Shown: positions 49,748 through 59,910 of the stretch, in pieces
Position numbering within the stretch: the stretch's first letter is position 1
How the letters are laid out: every line of letters begins with the position of its first letter
Origin: Desulfomonilia bacterium
GTDB taxonomy: Bacteria > Desulfobacterota > Desulfomonilia > UBA1062
Length of the DNA: 64,000 nucleotides
Reading direction: 5' to 3'
Assembly (NCBI GenBank): GCA_050014195.1
Contig: JBEKDT010000001.1
Location: 410,024 to 474,023, forward strand
The notes under the pieces: generated by a model
Told to the model about the DNA's origin: nothing
What the model saw: only the letters and a program-made list of their open reading frames with translations
Databases searched by the model: none
Position numbers and translations under genes: made by a program

Positions 49748-51055
49748 ATGTATTGGCTGAGTAAATCTTTTCATCGCATCGATCGCTTTAAAAAAAGGCT
49801 CTTCGTCTTTCTTGCGGTCCTCGGCCCGGGAATCATCGTGATGATCGCCGACAACGATGCAGGCGGTATTTCCACCTATGCGGTTACCGGCTCAAAATAC
49901 GGGTTCAATCTTCTCTGGATGTTTGTCATCCTCCTGCCCATGGCCTATTATGTACAGGAAATGACCGTCCGTCTTGGCGCTGTGACAAAACGCGGCCACG
50001 CAGAGGCTATCTTTGACGGCTTCGGGCCTTTCTGGGGCTGGTTCTCCATTGTGGACCTGATCATTACCAACTGGCTCACCCTGGTCACGGAATATGTGGG
50101 AATGACGGCTGGCATGAGTCTCTTGGGCGTTCCTCCTTGGTTGACAATCATTGTCGTAACAGCAATCTTGTTCAGCATTGTTCTATCAGGGCAATACTGG
50201 ACCTTTGAAAAGATCACCCTTTTCTTTTGCTGCTTTAATTTCGTATACATTCCGGCTGCTATCTGGGCTATGGATATGCCCTCGGCACCGGCATGGAACC
50301 ACGTCTTTCAAGGATTCTACAATCCGAAGATGGGCGGTTTCACCATGGATCTCATCTTCATTCTTCTCGCCAACATCGGCACTACGATTGCCCCATGGAT
50401 GCTCTTCTTCCAACAGAGTGCCGTTGTGGACAAGGGTCTTGACATACACGACGTGACCTACGGGAAAATCGAGACATTTGTCGGTTCTTTTTTCACCTGC
50501 CTCGTTGCCGTCTTTATTATTATCGCAACAGGTGCAGCCTTTTTCTATCACCATCCACCGATCACGATTGAAGACGCCAAGCAGACCGCCGAGGCTATAG
50601 TGCCTCTTCTGCCTTTTGGTTATGGAGAACTCGCCAGGAAGCTCTTCGCCATCGGTCTCTTTGATGCCGGATTCCTTGGTGCACTCTGTATCTCTCTGGC
50701 CAGTTCTTGGGCCGTAGGAGAGGTTTTTGGCTGGGCACACTCCTTAAATCAAAAAGTCAAGGACGCCCCGTGGTTTTACATCGTTTACCTCGTGATGCTG
50801 ATCACTTCAGGTGCCGTGGTCTTAATACCAGGAGCTCCTCTTATTACTATCACCATGTTTGTCCAGGTGGTGGCGGTCACCCTTCTACCGGCCGCCCTGG
50901 TATTTCTCCTGCTCCTCCTGAATGATAAACCCCTTATGGGCGAGCACGTTAATACGCGCTCACAGAACATCATGAATTGGATGATTGTCCTCTTTGTCGT
51001 TATTATGTCCTCGCTGCTGGGAATAGGTACCCTGTTCCCGGGGTTATTCACATGA
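49748..51055 (+). CDS. mntH: NRAMP family divalent metal (Mn2+/Fe2+) transporter
   Basis: GPGIIVMIADNDAGGISTYAVTGSKYGFNLLW metal-binding segment and about 11 transmembrane helices; 435 aa. Confidence 0.85.
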   Translation: MYWLSKSFHRIDRFKKRLFVFLAVLGPGIIVMIADNDAGGISTYAVTGSKYGFNLLWMFVILLPMAYYVQEMTVRLGAVTKRGHAEAIFDGFGPFWGWFSIVDLIITNWLTLVTEYVGMTAGMSLLGVPPWLTIIVVTAILFSIVLSGQYWTFEKITLFFCCFNFVYIPAAIWAMDMPSAPAWNHVFQGFYNPKMGGFTMDLIFILLANIGTTIAPWMLFFQQSAVVDKGLDIHDVTYGKIETFVGSFFTCLVAVFIIIATGAAFFYHHPPITIEDAKQTAEAIVPLLPFGYGELARKLFAIGLFDAGFLGALCISLASSWAVGEVFGWAHSLNQKVKDAPWFYIVYLVMLITSGAVVLIPGAPLITITMFVQVVAVTLLPAALVFLLLLLNDKPLMGEHVNTRSQNIMNWMIVLFVVIMSSLLGIGTLFPGLFT

Positions 51056-51074
51056 GTACCAGGGAGGTAACAGC

Positions 51075-52361
51075 ATGATCGCGGATAAAAATTTTAAAAT
51101 GAAGACAAACGATCAGCACCCCGGTTTTGAACAGTTTCGATTTCTCTTCTTCTCCGAGCTGCTCAAACTGCCTGTGTGCAGGGAAAAGATCAAGAACCGC
51201 ATCGGAAAACTGAGCGACCTTGTCTTTCTCCATAAAGAGCCGTATCCGGAAGCGGTAGGCATCTATATAGAGCACGGCTGGGGAAAACCCACCGAGTTCA
51301 TTCCCTGGTCAAAGGTGATCAAGATTGAGGATGATGCAATCTTTGTCAGGCCGCCGGACAGCGGGGACGTGTATCCGCCCTTTGTCGATCAGCCGGGCTG
51401 GATCCTCATGGACAAGCATCTCATGGGTAAGACTGTCCTCGATATAGACGGCAGGCAGGTTGAGGTGGTCAATGATGTCCATTTCATCGAGACACGGGGT
51501 CTTTTGCTCCTGGTCCATGTGGATATCTCATTTGGCGGCTTCTTTCGCAGATGGGGCCTGGGTAAGTTCGAACTGGTCAACAGCAACCTCATCTCCTGGA
51601 AATATATCCAGCCGCTTTCTGTCGAGGATGCGGTTTCCACCGACAAGGTGACCCTCTCCGTAACCAAGAACCAGATGCTGGAGCTCCCCAGCGAGGATCT
51701 GGCCGATTTCCTGGAAGAGCTGCCCAATGAGGAGCAGCAGGTTCTTTTCTCGGCCCTTGATACGGAAAAGGCCGCCGAGACCCTCATGGAGGCTGAGCCC
51801 AGGGCTCAGCGCCAGATCATCGCCAATCTGCGGGAGGAAAAGGCCCGCAAGATCCTTTCGGAGATGTCGACCCCGCAGCTGGCAGGCCTGTTCACGGTCC
51901 TGCCGCACGACGATGTCACCGAGCTCATGGCTTTCCTGAGCAAGGAGCAGGCCGAGCGAGTCCGCAATATCCTTTCCCAGCGTGAAATTCAGGCGAGAAA
52001 TATCATGTCTTCCGATTATGTCGTTGCACAAAAATCAGACAAGGCCGGTGATGTCCTCACCGCGATCAGGGGTTCCGGCAGAGATCCCAAGAGCATCTCA
52101 TACATCTATGTGGTCAATGGTGACGGCAAGACCCTGCTCGGGGTGGTTGATCTCCGTGACCTGGTTCTCGCACAGGAGCATCTGACCATGAGCGATGTCA
52201 TGGTCTCGCCGGTGGTTTCAGCAGAAGAGGATGATGTACAGGATGATCTGGTGGAAATGTTTGTGAAGTATCAATACCACATGATCCCTGTTGTAGACAG
52301 GAATGACCGGATCCTTGGGGTGCTCTATCACAATGACATTGATAATCTCATATCACAATAA
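51075..52361 (+). CDS. Cytosolic MgtE N-terminal domain + tandem CBS domain protein (no membrane domain)
   Basis: The central region resembles the MgtE N domain (LADFLEELPNEEQQVLFSALDTEKAAETL...LAGLFTVLPHDDVTELMAFL) and is followed by a CBS pair. No transmembrane helices are present; 428 aa. Confidence 0.65.
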   Translation: MIADKNFKMKTNDQHPGFEQFRFLFFSELLKLPVCREKIKNRIGKLSDLVFLHKEPYPEAVGIYIEHGWGKPTEFIPWSKVIKIEDDAIFVRPPDSGDVYPPFVDQPGWILMDKHLMGKTVLDIDGRQVEVVNDVHFIETRGLLLLVHVDISFGGFFRRWGLGKFELVNSNLISWKYIQPLSVEDAVSTDKVTLSVTKNQMLELPSEDLADFLEELPNEEQQVLFSALDTEKAAETLMEAEPRAQRQIIANLREEKARKILSEMSTPQLAGLFTVLPHDDVTELMAFLSKEQAERVRNILSQREIQARNIMSSDYVVAQKSDKAGDVLTAIRGSGRDPKSISYIYVVNGDGKTLLGVVDLRDLVLAQEHLTMSDVMVSPVVSAEEDDVQDDLVEMFVKYQYHMIPVVDRNDRILGVLYHNDIDNLISQ

Positions 52362-52702
52362 CAGTTTCTCAAGGGGTAAAGGCATGCAAACAGTTATGGA
52401 GAGACGATTATGCCGCGCGTGAAGATAACAAAGATGAGCAGGATTGCTTTGTATTTCTTACGATTCTACCTAATCTTTCTGATTGGTCTTTTGCTGGTCA
52501 AGTTCCTGAAAGTGGTTCACTGATAATTGGTATAAGGCACTCGAATAGTACCTTCTCCTCAGGTATTACCATGAACATCCTTGTCCGGATTTTCACAACC
52601 TTCCACGGATTTGGTTACGAAAAATGATTCCCCATGTACAAATCTGTAGGCGGAACCTCTGATGGTGATATGTAACTGGCTGATAAAATAGACTGATAAA
52701 AA

Positions 52703-54157
52703 ATGGCTCATATTTTGCGTCCATCAAATCAGTACAATGGAACTACTGGAAACAATCGTATGAGGCCAAGCTTAAAAACCCTATCGGATAAGGGGGATAT
52801 CATCATGAAAAATGAAAAATTATTCTATGAGAAGAGAGAAAAGTCGGCAGGCGCAAGATACACGATCGGTAAATTTGATAAGGTACCGGAATCCTGTAAG
52901 CTTAAGAAGTGTCGATGGATTAAATGGTGCGCTACCCCTGCCGAAAACCTGATTTATGCCACAGCCGCCGATTTCACAGATCATAAGCCTGCCGATGCGG
53001 CGCAAAAAGAGAGGCTTGAGAATAAATTTATCCAGACCCGGGAAATTGAGTCTATCGAAAAAGGTGGTATTGCCCATGATTTCAATAACATCCTCACAGC
53101 CATTATGGGGTATACAGAGCTTGCAATAGATAATGCCTCAGAACCGGATAAGGTAAAGCAGAATCTGAAGAAGGCACTCATGGCGAGCACCCGGGCAAGA
53201 GACCTTGTGAGCCAGATCATAACCTTCAGCCGTCAGGCCGATAAAAAGTTCACCCCTATAAAGTTTAACTTTGCCATAATAGAATCACTCTGGATGTTAC
53301 GTCCAATGATACCCTCGAACATCAAGATCAGACAGAATCTTAAGGTCCCTGCTATGGTCATGGCTGATCCCACCCAGATTCACCAGGTCATGATGAACCT
53401 CTGTTCCAATGCGGTCCATGCCATGGTCGAGGATGGGGGTGAGTTGGATGTAAGGTTGGAAAAATCGATTATTTATGGTGATACGAATGCCCATGATCCG
53501 GATCTGCCCGCAGGGTCCTATGTAAAGCTTACCATCAGTGATACCGGGCAGGGCATGCCCCCCGAGGTCATGAAACGGATCTTTGATCCTTATTTCACCA
53601 CAAAAGAAAAAGAATTAGGACGCGGCAGAGGCCTGGGTTTATCGGTCGTTCATGGGATCGTGAAAAGTCATGGAGGCGCGATCACCTGTATGAGCACACC
53701 AGGAGAAGGGACTTCCTTTGTCATATATCTCCCTGAGATTGAATCCGGGAAAGAGACCATCGGAACCATCGAGGAAACGTCTCTCCCCACGGGAACCGAG
53801 CGGATTCTTTTTATAGATGATGAGCAGGTTATTGTGAATCTGGCAGAAGAGATGCTGAGTAAGCTGGGATATGATGTCGTTGCCAAAACAAGCAGCGTCG
53901 AGGCCCTTGCGTTATTTCAAGAAAACCCTGACAAATTTGACCTGATCATTACCGATATGTCCATGCCGGCCATGACAGGAGATAGTCTGGCTCAAAATAT
54001 CCTTGGTCTGCGCAGCGATATCCCCATCATCCTGTGCACCGGATATAGTAAAGATATCACTGAGGAGAAGGCAAAGAGTATCGGCATTCGAGAGTTTATC
54101 ATGAAGCCGGTAGAAATGAGGGTGATGGCTGAAACCATCCGGAAGGTGCTTGATTAA
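52703..54157 (+). CDS. Hybrid sensor histidine kinase (HisKA + HATPase_c + C-terminal receiver)
   Basis: HDFNNILTAIMGY H-box, G boxes (DTGQGM, GRGLGLS), and a C-terminal REC (ILFIDDE...DLIITDMSMPAMTG). The start is probably internal (MKNEKL at about 52805). Confidence 0.8.
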   Translation: MAHILRPSNQYNGTTGNNRMRPSLKTLSDKGDIIMKNEKLFYEKREKSAGARYTIGKFDKVPESCKLKKCRWIKWCATPAENLIYATAADFTDHKPADAAQKERLENKFIQTREIESIEKGGIAHDFNNILTAIMGYTELAIDNASEPDKVKQNLKKALMASTRARDLVSQIITFSRQADKKFTPIKFNFAIIESLWMLRPMIPSNIKIRQNLKVPAMVMADPTQIHQVMMNLCSNAVHAMVEDGGELDVRLEKSIIYGDTNAHDPDLPAGSYVKLTISDTGQGMPPEVMKRIFDPYFTTKEKELGRGRGLGLSVVHGIVKSHGGAITCMSTPGEGTSFVIYLPEIESGKETIGTIEETSLPTGTERILFIDDEQVIVNLAEEMLSKLGYDVVAKTSSVEALALFQENPDKFDLIITDMSMPAMTGDSLAQNILGLRSDIPIILCTGYSKDITEEKAKSIGIREFIMKPVEMRVMAETIRKVLD

Positions 54158-54216
54158 AACCAACTTCATGTATCAATACGTTTAAAAATTCAGCACCATT
54201 ATAATAGTTCTCTTTC

Positions 54217-56439
54217 CTATTGACCTTGGCGGGCTGATCCGACAAGACGCTGGGTAAACCTGGTGAAGCGTGTTTTGCTCCGGCTGTTCTCCACGCTGAG
54301 CTTGACCGCCCGGGCAGAGCCAATAGTCAAAACCAGTCGCTTGCCTCTTGTCACTGCGGTATAGAGCAGGTTTCTTGCCAGCATGACATAGTGCTGCGTG
54401 TGGACAGGCAGGATCACCGAAGTATATTCAGACCCTTGAGCCTTATGGATGGTCGTTGCATAGGCGATAACCAGATCATCCGCTTCGGAGGAACTGTATA
54501 AAACGACACGATCGTCATACCCGACCTGGAATGAGCCGTCCTTCTCGTTGATGTCCATCAGATACCCGATATCACCATTAAAGACCTCCAGCTCATAATT
54601 ATTGCGGGTCTGCATAACCTTGTCACCAACCCGGAATTCAGTATTGCCCCTCCTGTAAGGCCTGCCGTCCGGATTGAGGGCCTGCTGCAAATGCTTATTT
54701 AAGTTTTCAACCCCCAGGATGCCTTTATGCATGGGGCTCAACACCTGTACGTCCCACAAGGGATCCAGACCGTATTTTTGAGGCAGCTCCTCCCTCACCT
54801 GGCGGATGATCTCGGCCAGGATCTTTTCAGGGTCTTCCTCTGAAATGAAGCGATATTCTCCGTTGCCGTCTTGGCTAACCTCCGGCATCTTGCCCTGATT
54901 GATGCGGTGGCTGTTGACGATGATCCGGCTCTCCAGACCCTGCCTGAAGATCGTGTCAAGCCTCACCACAGGGATGATCCCGGATGCGATGATGTCCCTC
55001 AGGCAGTTGCCCGGGCCTACTGATGGGAGCTGATCGACATCGCCCACACATACAAGGGTGGTCCCGGGGGTAATTGCGCCGAGAAGATGGTGGAGGAGTA
55101 AGATATCCACCATGGAAAACTCATCCACAATAATAAGATCTGCCTCCAGGGGGGTTTCAGCATTGCGCTGGAAAACACCTTGGATAGGATTGAACTCGAG
55201 CAGCCTGTGGATCGTGCATGCCTCCTTGCCGGTAGCCTCGGTCATGCGCTTGGCAGCACGACCCGTCGGGGCACACAGGAGGATCTGTGCATCCACCTCC
55301 TCAAACATGTGGATAATGGCGGTGATCGTATATGTCTTCCCCGTGCCGGGCCCACCCGTGAGGACCATGCACGTGTTCTTTGCCGCACACCTTACCGCTT
55401 CTCTCTGCAGTTCGGACAGGTTGATGTTATAGCTGTCTTCCATCCATCTGGTCGCCCCATTCGGGTCTATATCGGAAGTGCTTTTATCGGCCTCGTTCAT
55501 CCTCGACAGGTTCGCAGCCGCATGCTTCTCTGCCTGGTGAAGTGAAGCAAGGTATATTGCGTCTTCGGAATCCGTCTTGCCCTGGACCTTCTCTGTGTAC
55601 ACGTAGTTCATCGACTCGAGTTCTGTGATATTCTCCGAGATCAGCCTCCTGTCGACCCCAAGGAGTCTCGACGCCTCCTGCAGCAGGAGACGGCGGGGAA
55701 AATAGGTATGGCCCTGTGTTGCGGCAAGCTCGAGTACATAGATGATGCCTCCGCAGATTCTCTCAGGGGCATCCCTGGCAATGCCTGTCTTCTCGGCGAT
55801 CCGGTCGGCGGTCATAAAGCCCACGCCCGGGATATCGACGGCGAGACGGTACGGGTTGTTTCTGATCACGTCAATCGTATTGTTCCGGTACTTCTTGAAG
55901 ACCTTGGCAGCGAGGCCGGCCGTAATGCCCTGGCTGTAGAGGAAGACAAACGTATCGCGCAGGTTCGTATGGTCCTTCCAAGCCCTGAGGATGGCCTCGG
56001 CGCGCTTTCTGCCTATGCCGCTTACCTCCCTGAGGCGATACGGCTCCAGGTCGATGATCGTAAATGTGTCCATGCCGAAGGCGTCAACGATGCGCTTTGC
56101 GAGCTCCGGGCCTATCTCGTCGATCTCGGAGGTAAGATAAGCCTTTATGCCCTCCACGGTCACCGGGGGCTTGGCCTCGAACTCTACAGCCTTAAATTGC
56201 AGGCCGTACTTCGGGTGCTCCACCCAGGATCCCTTGAACTGGTAAAGGTCCCCGATGCGAGGAGAGGGAAGGAAGGCCACGACGTTTACTTTTGAATCAT
56301 CATGCCCCTGGAGCCTGACCCGTGCGATGGTGTAGCCCGTATCAGAGCGGTGAAAGCGCACCTGCTCGATCTCCCCTGACAGGACCACAGGAGTATTCGC
56401 TGCGCCGTTCTTCTGTGAGGGTTTCTCAGCACCGCTCAT
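54217..56439 (-). CDS. recD2: RecD2-like SF1 ATP-dependent DNA helicase
   Basis: Walker A GGPGTGKTY, DEFSMVD, and the C-terminal TIHKAQGSEY motif; 740 aa with N-terminal HhH-like modules. Confidence 0.85.
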   Translation of the reverse strand: MSGAEKPSQKNGAANTPVVLSGEIEQVRFHRSDTGYTIARVRLQGHDDSKVNVVAFLPSPRIGDLYQFKGSWVEHPKYGLQFKAVEFEAKPPVTVEGIKAYLTSEIDEIGPELAKRIVDAFGMDTFTIIDLEPYRLREVSGIGRKRAEAILRAWKDHTNLRDTFVFLYSQGITAGLAAKVFKKYRNNTIDVIRNNPYRLAVDIPGVGFMTADRIAEKTGIARDAPERICGGIIYVLELAATQGHTYFPRRLLLQEASRLLGVDRRLISENITELESMNYVYTEKVQGKTDSEDAIYLASLHQAEKHAAANLSRMNEADKSTSDIDPNGATRWMEDSYNINLSELQREAVRCAAKNTCMVLTGGPGTGKTYTITAIIHMFEEVDAQILLCAPTGRAAKRMTEATGKEACTIHRLLEFNPIQGVFQRNAETPLEADLIIVDEFSMVDILLLHHLLGAITPGTTLVCVGDVDQLPSVGPGNCLRDIIASGIIPVVRLDTIFRQGLESRIIVNSHRINQGKMPEVSQDGNGEYRFISEEDPEKILAEIIRQVREELPQKYGLDPLWDVQVLSPMHKGILGVENLNKHLQQALNPDGRPYRRGNTEFRVGDKVMQTRNNYELEVFNGDIGYLMDINEKDGSFQVGYDDRVVLYSSSEADDLVIAYATTIHKAQGSEYTSVILPVHTQHYVMLARNLLYTAVTRGKRLVLTIGSARAVKLSVENSRSKTRFTRFTQRLVGSARQGQ

Positions 56440-56722
56440 GTCCCGGACTATTCCATCTCCTTGAGAGATTATACATCATGATGTTCCGGCAGGAACTACG
56501 AAAATCAATCTTTCCGTCATACCCGCAGAGGCGGGAATCCGGAGAAATAGCATGCAGGGTAAGTGGAGCACAGCCCGCCAGGTCCTCTTAGTATAATCCT
56601 CATAAATGACTCCACCCACCTTGCGCAAAGCACCCGTGTTGCATTATGTCATAATCGGCTTTATATGATCTGAAGGAATTGGAATGAAGTGTTTTCTTAA
56701 AAGCGCGCAGGGGTGATGCCAC

Positions 56723-57604
56723 TTGAAATCCGGAGAAGCCAGCCGAACTGCCGAGTTTAATGCGCTGTTCCGTGCTATCGAATCATCACGCCGCCCTCGG
56801 AGCAAGCGGCTTTTTGAGGACCCTCTTGCCCCCGGCTTCCTCGATAGATTGAAGTGCGCCTATTTTATATCACGATTGCCGTTGGTCGGCCGGCTCATAC
56901 CCTTATTTATCGACTGGAACTGGACCGGGGTCAGGGCCTCGGCCATCGGCCGGACATGCTGGATAGATGAGCAGCTTCGCGTTGCGCTCGAGGGCGGCAT
57001 TAGACAGGTCGTAATACTCGGAGCCGGTTACGATTGCCGCGCCTACAGGCTCTCAGGCATCGAACGGACCCGGGTGTTTGAGCTCGACCATCCAAGTACC
57101 CTGGCTGTGAAAGTAAAGCGCCTGAAATATCTCTTGGGCGCTATCCCAAAGCATGTGAGCTTCGTGGAAGTGGATTTCGACCGGCAGGACTTTGCTTTAC
57201 TGCTTGAAACTTCGGGATTCGATCGCTTCGTTCCCACATTCTTTCTCTGGGAAGGGGTCATGCACTATCTTAAAGCCGAGGCCGTCGACATGACTATACG
57301 CTCGATCGCGTCCTTGTCCGCACCCGGGAGCCGCCTCGTCTTCACCTACATCCACAGCGGCCTGCTCGACGGCTCGGTCCGCTTCGGAGACATGGGCCGT
57401 GTACCTGCCACACTGCGGAAGACCGGCGAGACGTGGACATTCGGACTTCGTCCGGAGGAACTCCCGGGTTATCTTGACGGGCGTGGGTTCTCGCTTGTTA
57501 CAGACATCGGCTCCACCGAGTACCGGGTACGTTACATGGGGGAGAAAGGCCGCCACCTGAAGGGCTTTGAGTTCTACCGGGCAGCGCTGGCCGAGGTGAA
57601 ATGA
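56723..57604 (+). CDS. Class I SAM-dependent methyltransferase (LCM/Ppm-like O-methyltransferase family)
   Basis: VVILGAGYDCRAYR SAM-binding motif and LCM-like architecture; 293 aa. Confidence 0.6.
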   Translation: MKSGEASRTAEFNALFRAIESSRRPRSKRLFEDPLAPGFLDRLKCAYFISRLPLVGRLIPLFIDWNWTGVRASAIGRTCWIDEQLRVALEGGIRQVVILGAGYDCRAYRLSGIERTRVFELDHPSTLAVKVKRLKYLLGAIPKHVSFVEVDFDRQDFALLLETSGFDRFVPTFFLWEGVMHYLKAEAVDMTIRSIASLSAPGSRLVFTYIHSGLLDGSVRFGDMGRVPATLRKTGETWTFGLRPEELPGYLDGRGFSLVTDIGSTEYRVRYMGEKGRHLKGFEFYRAALAEVK

Positions 57605-57826
57605 GGATAATTGGTTAGCTTGGTCCGACCCTGAACCTGACAATAATTTTAGGGTACCTCTAATAATGCAGGGGATTTCATATGAATTTATTTTTATTGT
57701 CACCCTGGTCCCCACTTTCGTGGGGATAAACTCCAGCGGGGGTCCAGAACTACTCAAAATAACTGGATTCGAAGCTTCCGCGGGAATGACACTGGGGGTG
57801 AGATCGCTCATTCTTTTTCGAGATCA

Positions 57827-58684
57827 TCAATTTTTTGAGGTGCCTTTTAACCTTTGAGAGGTGATTCTACTCAAGGGAATCACTTCGACCTGATTCGACA
57901 ATCGATAGGTCTTTTCGCCTGGATAGACCACGATCAGACGATCAAGATCCAGATCCGCAAGTGCGATCTTCATCGAGGGAGTTAACCGGGGGGCATCCAT
58001 GCGTTTGCATTCAAGACCGATCTTTCGGCCGTCTATGATCATCAGGAGATCAAGTTCAGCCCCGTTATGTGTGGCCCAGAAATAGAATTCCCTGGGATGA
58101 AATGCCTTAATGGATTCTTCTATCACATAGCCTTCCCAGGATGCACCGCACTTGGGGTGGGTGAGGAGTTTCTTTTCTGTTCGTATGCCGAGCAAACTGT
58201 GTAAAAGGCCCATATCCGTGAAGTAGATCTTGGGTGCCTTAACCTGGCGTTTTTTTAGGTTTGCGTGCCACGGCATCAGCTGCCGGATCATAAACACACC
58301 ATCGAGAAGATCGAGGTATCGCCTTGCTGTGGACTCATTAACACCGAGCGTCCGAGCGGGCTCGGCAGCATTCCAGATCTGCCCATGATAGTGGGCAAGA
58401 ATGGTCCAGAATCTCATGAGCGTTGTTGTCGATGCCCCTATCCCCATGATAGGCAGGTCACGCTCTAAAAAAGTCCGGATGAATGCGCTCCTCCAGGAGA
58501 AGCTTTCTGATTCGCTTTCAGCAAGGAATGAAAGAGGCAGACCTCCTCTGAGCCAATGTCTGGCCTGGTTTTCAATGCCGACTTCAGACAGTGAGAACCC
58601 GCTCAACGTGATGGTTTCCATTCGCCCTGTAAGAGACTCAGATGACTGCCGGAGCCATTGCCTGGATGCACTGCCGAATACCAT
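57827..58684 (-). pseudogene. DUF4143-family gene lacking the usual N-terminal AAA ATPase region (5'-truncated fragment)
   Basis: The translation begins within the region that is mid-protein in full-length AAA+DUF4143 proteins (GRMETITLSGFSLSEV...). Only about 50 nt separate it from the stop of the upstream ERCC4 gene, so there is no room for a Walker A domain. Confidence 0.45.
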
Positions 58685-58734
58685 GATATTGCTGCATGTA
58701 AAGCGGGAATTTCATGGAAATAGAACGGGGTTGT

Positions 58735-59373
58735 TCAAGTGCCGTCCCAGCCCGAGTCCAGGAGTATCCTGATACCCTCAGCCCTGGTTAATCCTATACC
58801 CTCGACTTTCTGAAGCTCCTCAACAGAGGCATTCATGACCCTTGATATCGACCCGAAATGCCCCATCAATCTCTTTGCAAGCCTTGGCCCTATCAGCGGA
58901 AGCCCCTGAAGGAGATACAACTGCCGTGACCTGAGCCTCCTGGGCCGATATCCGCCTCGCAAAGGAACAACGTCCATGTCTTTATCATACTGTGATCCTA
59001 TCATAATCAAAATGTCTCTGGTGTGTTCCTTTGAGCGGGAAAATATCACCGGGGTATGCCAGATCGTCTGAACCGATATGATTGACCCTCTTATGGCATT
59101 GCTGTTGAAATCAAGGTCTGTCATGTATGGATCGCCTTCTATGAGAAGGATCGGACGGCGGCAATACTTTTTCAAATTCGAGAGTTGCCTGAATAACCGC
59201 GTGTCAACTAAAGAGATGAGGAAATCCTTTGCGGTCTTTCTCTCGATGGTTATGGAATCGTTGATCACATAGTCGCCATACGGCAGAGCCTTGACCCGAA
59301 TCTGGATATCATCTCGTGCAAGCTGGTCAATGAGGCCGGAGTCTTTTTCCCGATAATCTATATCTATCCTCAT
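58735..59373 (-). CDS. Short XPF/ERCC4-type nuclease with C-terminal tandem helix-hairpin-helix domain
   Basis: GDYVINDSITIERKTAKD matches the ERCC4 GDx(n)ERKxxxD catalytic signature. The C-terminus GLPLIGPRLAKRLMGHFGSISRVMNASVEELQKVEGIGLTRAEGI is (HhH)2-like; 212 aa. Confidence 0.65.
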   Translation of the reverse strand: MRIDIDYREKDSGLIDQLARDDIQIRVKALPYGDYVINDSITIERKTAKDFLISLVDTRLFRQLSNLKKYCRRPILLIEGDPYMTDLDFNSNAIRGSIISVQTIWHTPVIFSRSKEHTRDILIMIGSQYDKDMDVVPLRGGYRPRRLRSRQLYLLQGLPLIGPRLAKRLMGHFGSISRVMNASVEELQKVEGIGLTRAEGIRILLDSGWDGT

Positions 59374-59406
59374 AGCGATTTCATTTCAGTGAATCATGGG
59401 ATGAAG

Positions 59407-59910
59407 CTAAAACATTTTCTTGTATTGAATCCTCAAAATCTTTCCCTTATTGATATTGTCTCTAAACACCTTTTCACGGTGTCTGGGATAGAGATTCTTG
59501 CCATGTCTTCCTATCCCCTCCAATGCCTTCTCCACGCTGATGGATGTATGTTCAAGTTCCATATATGAGATTAGCTGGATGGCGGAATGATCACATGTGC
59601 AGAACAGTATGTTCTTCACTGATGTGCTCAGGTAGGCAATGGATTCCGTTTCTCCGGGATCAATTCCGAGGAAGGCTTCCCGTGCTTCCAGCTTCACCTT
59701 CTTCAGCAACTGCTCATCAAGAACATCTACAATCGTAACTTTGTCCTTGATATCAATCGGGAGGGCCTGATCTTTATATGGATAAAATCGTGCTTCCCGA
59801 AAGACTGTACGGACAACGTAAACATCATAACCTCTGGTAATAGCATCAAAGAGCTGAAGCGAGTGAAGGTCGATGATCACATCCGCATCAAGCAACACCA
59901 ATTTTTTCAT
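59407..59910 (-). CDS. PIN-like domain protein (DUF4411-like)
   Basis: MKKLVLLDADVIID followed by spaced acidic residues (E in REARF, D in GIDPGETE, D in CDHS), consistent with a PIN fold. It overlaps the 3' end of the upstream XRE-ImmA gene. Confidence 0.6.
   Translation of the reverse strand: MKKLVLLDADVIIDLHSLQLFDAITRGYDVYVVRTVFREARFYPYKDQALPIDIKDKVTIVDVLDEQLLKKVKLEAREAFLGIDPGETESIAYLSTSVKNILFCTCDHSAIQLISYMELEHTSISVEKALEGIGRHGKNLYPRHREKVFRDNINKGKILRIQYKKMF

Noticed and set aside
57700-57830. tRNA-like T-arm sequence (GGATTCGAAGC) in the intergenic region next to the nuclease cassette, a possible att site
   Set aside because: No acceptor stem, anticodon arm or CCA-adjacent structure can be folded on either strand. 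Only hairpins (TCCCCAC/GTGGGGA, TTCCGCGGGAA) are present.
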